A stretch of 60,716 nucleotides of DNA, the filler included, from Hausera hauseri (taxonomy: Eukaryota), in assembly GCA_046269625.1 (NCBI GenBank). It is 11 parts of 11 records of this genome, joined end to end, with 100 filler letters (N's around TTAATTAATTAA, not from the genome) between each part and the next. Parts side by side here need not be neighbours in the genome. Positions count along the whole stretch, not along the records: positions 51,476 to 55,537 come from JBJURY010786090.1; positions 55,638 to 60,716 come from JBJURY010342823.1; 9 more parts are not named here. One strand, 5' to 3'. Shown one piece after another: positions 51,543 through 60,716 of the stretch. The notes beneath the pieces were generated by a model, which did not search any database, had not been told where the DNA came from, and saw only the letters and a list, made by a program, of their open reading frames with translations. The translations under genes were made by a program, and so were the position numbers. Every line of letters starts with the position of its first letter. The stretch's first letter is position 1.

Positions 51543-54500
51543 TTACAATAATACCACATGTCCATGAGGTAGTGTCTGAATTCCGTCTTCAAGAATGTTC
51601 TTCTTATCATCGAACCAATTGAAATTTTTCTTCCACAACGCAACTGTGGCAATCTGACGTTCTCGGGACCGGATTCTTTTCATCTCGCTGACTATGTGAC
51701 TTTGTTCCCGCAACACTCTCTCAAAATCTCCAAAACCCATGTCTTTAGCTAATGTGGCACTTTGAACGCCCTTGGCCTGCTTCTTCACCTGATTACTTAC
51801 ATCGATGGCGTACATTTTTAATCTCAGCACCACGAAACGGGTGATAATCTTTTCATTCACCTTGTCTTTAAACATCTCAAGGACCTTCTTGTTGGTAACT
51901 GAATAATTTGGATGAGCCTTCGGATAGTCTAAGGTATCCATATATTGCGCCAATTTTGCATTCTTTTAAAATACATAATCTGTGCAAATCTGGTATATGA
52001 AACCGTCTGTGTCCATGTACATTAGCTGGAGCTCCATGAATGTGGAGACCATGATGTTGTAATAAAAGTCATACATCAAAGTCTTAGATAGATCTAATAT
52101 GGACATGCCCATATATAGGCTTGTTGAACTCAAGTGATGTCTTGAGCACATTAATGCTCAACAGGTTCTCTGTGTAGATTGTCCTGCTGTGGAAGTTGGA
52201 CTTAGCGATGAGTTTCTTTGCGCTTTTCCAGTCACATACTAGCTCAATGTTTATCCGGTTTCGGATGTTCTCCATAGTTTTGCCAAAGACCGAGTTGTTG
52301 TAAAGTTTGAATTGGTCCTTTGAAACTCTTTCTTGGCATTGGCACTCAATTGAGTATTGAGGTCTATGTATAGATTCAGCCATTTGGACTGGCTGGACTG
52401 CAGGGTCCGATGAATCCTGATGACTCGGAGTCCATTATGGATGGCCTGTTGGAGATTGATGTAGTGGACTACATACCTCTCCGTGTTTTCGAGATGGCAG
52501 TGCAGCTTATTATGCTTAACATTTGGTGGCCTCTTGCTCTCCGGCAGAAAAGGCAGCTGCTCATACATTGTGTGGATGCTATGAGGGTATACCACATCCA
52601 CCTCCAGTATATATCCCGTATCTCCAGTAGGATCTAGGTCCAATATTTGGATATCTTCAGGATTCTCGACCCATTTAAAGTTATCATAGGGCAATGGGTT
52701 GCTCATTGCCCATTCATACAAGTTGTTGACTTCCAGATATGAAATATATGAGGATTCCTTTGACGGATCATAATTTTCCATGTATTTGTTGTTGGCTTTA
52801 CTGTAGCTGTGAATGGCGTGGCATATTCCACCTCTAATGCCTCTCTCAACTATGAGGACCATATTGTAATCTTTCAATATTTGGAGCCCTATACCGGTAT
52901 AGCGCAGAATCGCCACCCAGCTCATTCCTGGAGCTGTAAGGAAATTGGCTGGATCTTGTGGCTCGTAAGGGTTACATCCCGGAAACGTTCGAAGACATCT
53001 GTAAGCAGCAGCACATCTTTGAGGCGATAGATATCACTGTATTCTCCCATGGCCCTGCACTGGAAGGTTTGCCATACTCTTTGGGCATGCTCATAATCAG
53101 CATCGCTAATATGACTGAGTAACAACTGACTATAAAAGTCCTTATTGTCCGGTAATGTTTCTTCATCCAGTGTTGCCCATGACGTTATATAGTCATAGGG
53201 GAAGATGCCTTTCCTCTTGACGAGGCCAAATGCAGCGGGGAAGAACCGCTTCGTCTCCTTAAGTTCTTCTGCAGGGAGATTCTTCACTAAGCTATCCTGT
53301 GACAAGCTCATGAAGCGGAAGCTGTCTATGAATCGAAATTGAATGTGGCCCACATGCTTAGCAAAGGTGATATATTTTTCCTCACAGTTTGGAATGACAT
53401 CAATGTTTTTATCAATATTACCAAGTTCCCGAACAATGAAATAGAAATCATAACCACTGAGATTGTGGAACACTACATGCACATGTGTACATGTTTTGCA
53501 ACGTAGATTGCAGTTGTTGCATGCTGCACCTCGATATTTGCCTGTAAAATGGCAATGATCCCTGACTTTATAATTATCCTTGGTGAAGGACTTGTTGCAC
53601 AAGTAGCATGTTGTTACCTTGCGCCATTCATCTTCTTGCTGATTCGACATGCTCACTGTATCCTTATGCTGCTGAAGCGTGTTTTTAAGCATATGAGCTA
53701 TGTCTTCTAATCTCTTCATAAAATGTGCTGCTGCTTCTGGCCCTCTGAATAGAAATGGTTTACTGTCCAGTCCTTTGGCATACATACAATATGATGAGAG
53801 TTCATGATATTTGTATGTTGTTGTGCTGCTATGTTGGGGATTAGGGCTGCAGATGTGAACTGGGCTGAGGATGGCCTTATAATAGCAATAGACGACAATC
53901 GGCACCTTCCGCATCTTCTCAAACTCCTTGAATTCCAGGTAAACCTCCTTGGTGAATTCTGCTCGGATGCAATAATATGTATTACAGTAGGTCTTGTGCT
54001 CCATCAACTTTTCTGCGGCTGTCTACCCATTAAAATTGGTAAAGAATCTCTTGCATATTTCCAGCCTTGATTTATGCTTGGATATTTGGGATCGTACAAG
54101 GCGCTCAAAATTCTTGATCCAGATGAAATGCACCGTTTCTCCATCATCTATCAGGAGTAAATCCTTATAATCCTCCAATTCCTCCTTGTATACATGCAAT
54201 TGGTAAAATTTGTCCTCCTTCAATCCGAAGATGTTGCTTGAGATGTTGTTCACGCTTTCAAATTTCACGACTTCTTCTAGGCTCGGCGGAAATGAAATAC
54301 AGCTGAAGTTGTATGTGTGCTGCACTTTGTCATATATCCAAACGTGGGAAGCATTATGTTGATCCTGGACTAGTTTTGATAAAATGGCATATATGAAACA
54401 CATGTTGTCATTATTATGGACATTAACACATGCCTTTTTCTTAACTATCCATTAAGGAAGCGGTATGTAGGACTTGCTTCTTGTGGGAGAATACTTGTGC

Positions 54501-55289
54501 ACATGCACAAGTAACCGCTTTATTGTTGCTAAAGTCCAACTGCTCTTCTTGTCCTGGCTTTCTTCGGCTTCAAGGATGAGCCTTGCATAGTCCACTGTAA
54601 TGAAATCCTTAATGTTAAAGGATTTCACTAGTGGCCTGTTTTTTGTCTTAAAGGCTCTATTAAACAGCTCTCCCTTGACATTGGTGAAGGTGGCTTCCAA
54701 TTTGAAGTTCACCTTAAGGGATTCCAGCTCCAACAAGTTGTCCTGGAGAATGCCTGCTGCCTCCTGCTTAGAATATTCCAGGAATTCATGGAGCAATGTC
54801 TGCCCCACTGCTGGTATGAAGTATTGGCGAACTTTGCTCTTCAGTGCAGCTGTATCAACTGGCCGCTGTCTTTGGATTTTTTGATGAAGCATCTGCTGCT
54901 ACTTCTGATAGTACTTTTGGTCCTGCATCAGGCCTTGTTGCTAAAGTAGGCTATACAACTGGCTGTACTCTCACAGCAGGATACTGCTCATTAAATGTGA
55001 CGTTCTCTGGCTCTGAATTGAAGTCTGGCAAATGGGAAATATGATCTTTGTAAAACTGCATGTATTTTCCATCACATACAGCCTCACATCCAGGGCAAAT
55101 ATAATAAAGGATTCTATGGAATTTGTATCCATAATAGCTCCTCGTGGCATTGTGGCAATTATGAGGATTGTGTATTACACATGTGAAATACACATGTGAA
55201 CTGCACCTTTGATTTTTCTTTGGCATGAAAGTCGTTATTGGCATATTGGTACTGAATATTTGTGTTTTCGACTTGGTGAAGGAAATCAA
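51543..55289 (-). pseudogene. polB: Near-complete Polinton/adintovirus-type protein-primed DNA polymerase B, multiply frameshifted
   Basis: VRDHCHFTGKYRGAACNNCNL, FHNLSGYD, FIDSFRFM, KGIFPYDY, RGGIC, YLEVNNLYEWAMS, KLYNNSVFGKTMENIRNR, YMDTDG, KMYA, AKGV, DDKK. Confidence 0.95.
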
Positions 55290-55637
55290 GTGCTGTTTAT
55301 GGACATTGTAAAAGCCTTAATAATTTATTTGGCACACTACCTCACATGTAGGGCATATATAATAATAAACCATGTTGAACATATGACCAAAGTACTTCTT
55401 CATAACACTGTGGCAATTTTTCGGCTCGTAGATTTGAGCCAAACATTCGCTGTAAAGTTTGGACATCTAAAATCAATCAATTATTTGAGGAGCACAATTA
55501 TAAATCACACTATTCGTTGAAGTGATTTTGGAAATAANNNNNNNNNNNNNNNNNNNNNNNNNNNNNNNNNNNNNNNNNNNNTTAATTAATTAANNNNNNN
55601 NNNNNNNNNNNNNNNNNNNNNNNNNNNNNNNNNNNNN

Positions 55638-56487
55638 ATAGTAGCGAACATTCCGTCGCATCGGGAAATCATCTCCTTTTTAATGAATTTTTCAGTCCAT
55701 GCTGATCCGAGACTAATATAGTGGGTGTAGATTGTTCCGATACATCTTCGCGTGTCCTTGAGTTGGTATCCGATTTATCCAAATATCGCTTTCCAGTAGT
55801 TTCATTAAACTTCAGTTCCTTAATTTTAATAAAATTACAACTTCTTCCAGAGGGAGGTTCCCATATTATGACAGAACTTCTAAAAGCACAGGTTCCGTCT
55901 TGTAAATGACATTTTTGATTCTCGGTGTATAACGTAGTGACACTATGGAACATTACTTTGTGTGATCGCATTACCGATTCATAGAAATCCACAACTACCA
56001 CGTTTGCTTGTAATCCTTTTCCGGTGTCGTATTGTGCTCCGTGACAATGTCCTCTATGCATATCTAACCTTTCGACCATTACTTTGTATGCCATAATTAT
56101 CTTTCCTGGTTGCATTTCTAATTACATACTGTCACATTGTACTCTTCCGGTCTCCTTAGTCTGTTTGCAGTGCTGGCGTTCTAAGTTCATTGGGATTGGA
56201 GGGGTTGTTGGTTTGATTATTGAGGAATGTCCGTGTACTAACCCGCAGTGAAAAATGCTACGAGATTGTCTCAGCATACATTCCGTTTCATCTAATGATA
56301 TCAATTCTTGTTGATACAGAAAGTAAATTTTCTCTTTCGTTTCTAACTTGTTCAGCCTGGCATCTTCGCACACTTCCAAATCCATTAGGGAATATCTCTG
56401 CCCTAGTTTGAACTTATCGCAATCGTAGACGGTAGCAGCGCCTATTTGCTTTATTAACATTATAAAGGTGAGAAGGTTAATTAGCCA
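55638..56487 (-). pseudogene. env: Chuvirus-like envelope glycoprotein, N-terminal part
   Basis: WLINLLTFIMLIKQIGAATVYDCDKFKLGQRYSLMDLEVC...YQ...C...HCG...PTTP...C...G; clearly homologous to AYDCSKPSEGQKYSLMDLEKC at ~42840. Confidence 0.82.
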
Positions 56488-59400
56488 ACTTGTTTCACTT
56501 TTCCGGTGGCCCATATCCGTTGTTGTCAAATTACGTAACATATCGTAGAGTCTATTACTCCGTTTGTCTTCTTCCTTGTCAAATAGTTTGACCAAGTTAC
56601 TTCGCAAGGAAACTTCCTAGCCGCTCTTCGTGCTAAGCTTATAGCTTTGATGATTTCGTTCTCTTTAGGATTTATTTTGATAGCTAAGTATAGCAATACT
56701 TAATTCTTCATTGGTGCTTTCTACCATAATCTTTTTGATTACCACTTCGTCGGTTAAGTTACTTTTTGATAGTTTAAAACGTGAACTTCGCATCATTGCA
56801 TTAAATATTACTTTTTCTTTATCATCTGGTATGTCACCTCGAAGGCTCGAATAATTTACAATTCGTATCAAATTTTTCATTAACTCGCTTAATTCCTCAT
56901 TGTTTGTACTGAAAGTCGGAATGGACATCTGTCTTAATTCTCTAATCAATTCCCCATTATAACCAATTTCTTCTCTTGTCTTCTTAGGTCTACCGACTGG
57001 GCGTTTCTGTCTTGGAACATTGGCTATCGTTTCACTCAGCGGCACTAAATTCTTGTCGTATTGTTTTTTTTCCTCATCCGTTTGCAAATACTCGAAATAC
57101 ATTGCAGCATCTCGGACTCCCATGATTTTTTCTACGCATTGTTCTGCCTTGGCCTTACGCACGGCTTCTTTAGTTTGCTCATTGGCTACTATTGCCACTA
57201 TTCGATTTGTTTCGTCGGGAATAATTTCGGTTCATTTTTAACATCTGGGAGTTCATAGTCTATTAAGGCTGTATTCGTTCTCACATTTTCTCGAATTTCC
57301 TTTAATTTTGGTTGTATTTCTTTTATCTGCGTAGTTTGGAAACCTATGTCATTTCCGCAGGCATACTGAATTATTTTCAGTAATTCGCCTAATTCGTTAG
57401 AGTTGATGAGTCCTTTTTCGTGATAATCTGTTAGTTCAATAATTACATCTTTGCCATCTTTGTACAAATTCTCGCTTATTTTTGATCTCTGATTCGGTAA
57501 GAGAATATTTATTTCGGTAGATTTCGAGCTCTTACTAGTTCGTCTAACCTTGTTGCTCTTGGTTTGGTTTTAATTCAGGTTTCTTCAACCTATCTGATTT
57601 TAGGCATCAATTGCCTCATCTTTTCATCGTTAATTTCTGCCATTCTATTGCATCCAGCAATTTCTTTACGAACTTAGATTTTTGAAAACTAAAATGTTGA
57701 TCGTCTCTTATCTTCGTCAACTCGGTGTGGCAATTCTGATTTGATCCGGCTATCCAGTCTTGTGGTTTATGCAAGAATTTTATTGCTTCCGTTAAAGCGG
57801 CTTGATGTTCCGGCCAAATGTCTAGGGTTTCAATATCTCGGATAGAGATTTCGTCGATAGGTTTATCTCTTAAATGTTGGACTGCCTCTAGTCGGATATT
57901 TCTTAATCTTGGGTAAAAGTTGCAAGTCATATTTTGTTTTTCTGTAAAATTCGTCTCTTCGACCATTTTATAGATCTCTTCCAATATCATTACTTCTTGC
58001 TTCTTCATAAAGTTTAGCTGTTGTGCTTCGAATTGAGTTTGGATATCTATTTCCGCCTTTATTGTATCTAAATTACGTGCACTCTCTTCTAACTGTTTCT
58101 TTATAGAAGGCTCGCTCTCTGGAAATTCTTTCCTACGGTTTTCCACTAATTTACTTAGTCACGTTACTAATTCGGACCATTCCGACAATTGATTGGCGAT
58201 TATTGGCTTTGCCATTATAGCCCTACCTAACATCTTATATGCATCCTTTAGTTCATCATCTGGACCTTTTATGAAATTCGTTATCCGGCTGACATAATCG
58301 AACTCGTCCTTGTATTCGTCCAGTTCTATGATACAAGCTTTTACTACGTATTGGGTTTCTTCATGGTTTGGAGATATCATTCGGTTTCTCAAGCTATAAA
58401 TCTGCGCTCGCCTTTCATTTTCCATTTTGATTCGATTCTCTAGATTCGTGTATCGTTTGGGTACAGCGAAAGCGATTTTTATCATCTCCATTAAGGGAGG
58501 AATATCAACTGGGTCTACGCCCAATATTTCTAAATCGGTATTACTTCGATTGCTAACTGGTCTTTTTCTAAGCCGGTTAATCATTGCGTGGCGAATATCG
58601 TCCATCATACGCTCTAAATTACGGACTACTCTCTTCAGTTTTGGGTTTACTTCTAAAGTAGACAATAGCGACCGGGCTTTAGCGACTTTTACGTCGACAC
58701 TATCTTCGTTTTTGCTCTATCCTTCTGAAAATTCAACTCCGCTTTTAATCCATAATTCTAATTCATGCTTCCATTTGGCAGTGTTTTAGGTGATACCTCT
58801 TCAGGTTGTCCTAAGTCGATCGCTTCATCGAGTTTTCCTTCACTGCATAATTTCAAACTTTTATATAACCTCTCATCAAACTGTTGCTCTTTTCCGGATA
58901 TATCTACTTGTTCGCTGATTTGCTTGAGTCTTTCCCAGTTACGTTGTATTATTTCCGGGTCGTGACATCTAATTCTCATTTTCTTTAACTCATCGGCGTT
59001 TTCCCATGAACGTCGAATCTTCCACTTTCTTGGATCAAAATCATCAATATTTTCCGTTTCTTCCTTACTAGTGGAAAGTGGGCAAATCTCGTTAATTTTA
59101 TTTATTGATTCTGTGGATTCTTTTACCTCGGTAGGCGTTAATGGACCAATTTCTGGCGTATTTTAATTATGCTCTACATCGCCTTCTGCTATGGTATTCG
59201 TATTTTTTGTTTCTTCTAATTTCTCTCGAGTTACTTGCGAGCGTGAACGATATCTAAGTTTCGTTTTTAATGCAGGGCTACGGCTCTATTTTTCGTAATT
59301 TTAAGTATTAATGGCTCTATGAATTCTTTTTCATCTGTATCATCTTCGGTAGCCTTATTTGGCTTTTCAACCGTGGACTCAGGTTCTGCATCTAAGTCGA

Positions 59401-59740
59401 CTTCTGTCGAGGTTCCTGGTTTATCAATTATTTTATTACTCGTCGGGACTCTTTCCGCGTCATATCAATTCGTTTGGGTGCTATCGCATATTCATATTCA
59501 GTTTCTGGCTCTACTAAACCATGGTATACTTCTAATAGTCTTAGCTTATCTCCGTATTCTTTTCTAGCCATCAAAATTTGTGGGTTAATAGTCTCGGGCT
59601 GAGCATCTAGAAATCTTCGTAAGTCTTCTATGTCGATGATAGTACCTGTATCTCCACGAACACCATACTTTGCTTCTAAATTTTTATTAACTCTAATCAT
59701 ACTGGTCTTATTAGGCTCAGTAAATGAAACGCTACGTGGG
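56488..59740 (-). pseudogene. ~1100-codon unknown charged/coiled-coil region between gag and env, fragmented
   Basis: Chain of consecutive same-strand ORFs (59428, 58758, 58159, 57616, 57198, 56665, 56122); contains KRPVGRPKK. Confidence 0.65.
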
Positions 59741-60716
59741 TTTGGACATGACCTTGAAATGTGTCCTTTTCCGCAAGTGAACAAATTAAATTTCCGTTTT
59801 TGCCGACTCTGTCGACCGTCTTCGTTCACAGGTGACTTAGGCCTATTTGTGCTTCTATTGTACTGATTCGGAAAACTTTGTGTACTATCTACATTTCTTT
59901 GATTATCATTATTTCGATTATCATCATCACGATTTGAATAGTTCGAACTTTGTAGTTTTCTCGAATTCTATTCGAATTAGAATTTGACTTGTTCATATTT
60001 CGGCCATTAGCATAACTATTGTTTCGATTATTCCTGTAGTCATTATTACTATTTCTATTTTCATAATTTCTATTTCTATTAAATCGTCTATCATCTCTTC
60101 TACGATTGTCATTCGGATTTCTATCGTGACGGTCATGTCGGTCATTTCTATCATTTCCATCGTTGTGTCTGGCATATCTATCGAGTGCCATTTCTAAGTC
60201 TTGAGCCAATTGTAGAGTTTTCTCGAAATTCTCAGGTCTGGTCAAAATCAACTGCTTAATTAAATCTCGGGACCAAATACCGTTATTTAATTGAGTTGTC
60301 ATCAGGACGTCTAAGTCTGGCGAGGTTGCCTTTTCCGCTGCATCACGTACTGCATCTGTTTTAGCCTTTGCTACATTAGTTATTCTCAGAGTACTTACAT
60401 AACTATTAGCGAGTTTCTTCAATGCAAATGCAAACTGGGTTACCGATTCGCCCTTCTGTTGCACTCTAATTTTGAAATGCCATAAGCTTCTGTTGTGGCG
60501 TTACTGTCGGCAATAATTTACGGTTTAATGCTCCTACTAGGGAGGACCAAGATTTCTTTTCATTACTAGTGAGCTCACTATAAGCGTCAGCGGCTAAATT
60601 TTTCAAATATAATGACAAGGGTTTAATCATCACTTCAGGGGTTAGACTAGCACCTTCTGCCTGCAATTTAAAGTTCTCAAGAACTCATTAAGCCCGTCCG
60701 GGTCACCATCGTATGG
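59741..60716 (-). pseudogene. gag: Retrotransposon Gag (capsid, N/R-rich linker, degenerate CCHC knuckle)
   Basis: YDGDP..FL...LYL...AAD.Y..L...SWSSL...QQKGESVTQFAFALKKLA; LFTCGKGHISRSCP. Confidence 0.85.

Larger units (their letters stand above)
55638..60716 (-). mobile_element. Gypsy-type element fragment with order: gag, zinc knuckle, long unknown domain, envelope glycoprotein
   Basis: All parts are on the minus strand of one contig and are homologous to 41035-44355. Confidence 0.85.

Noticed and set aside
44461-55637. Linkage of Polinton polymerases with the env-bearing elements
   Set aside because: They are separated by artificial spacers.

Overview
AT-rich eukaryotic (probably metazoan) DNA made of 11 short contigs joined by artificial 100-bp spacers (44 N + TTAATTAATTAA + 44 N at 4613, 11204, 15651, 20351, 26382, 34801, 39465, 44461, 51376 and 55538), so adjacency across spacers carries no meaning. 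Most of the window is mobile DNA: (i) five degraded copies plus stray termini of a Ty3/Gypsy group with very short GC-rich hairpin LTRs, a doubled CxxH-type Gag zinc motif and a conserved -1 frameshift signal; (ii) one intact 1272-aa Ty3/Gypsy pol; (iii) three Polinton/Maverick (adintovirus-type) protein-primed DNA polymerase remnants; (iv) Transib/RAG1-like, Tc1 and Penelope-like remnants. Host fragments include a MYBBP1A/Pol5 homologue, an alpha-tubulin C-terminus and a large unknown exon. The most striking observation is two related Gypsy elements (39565-44460 and 55638-60716) with a chuvirus-like envelope glycoprotein. It is fused behind a large unknown AT-hook-bearing domain and lies between gag and protease-RT, not after pol. 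Family assignments come from recalled motifs; no database search was run.
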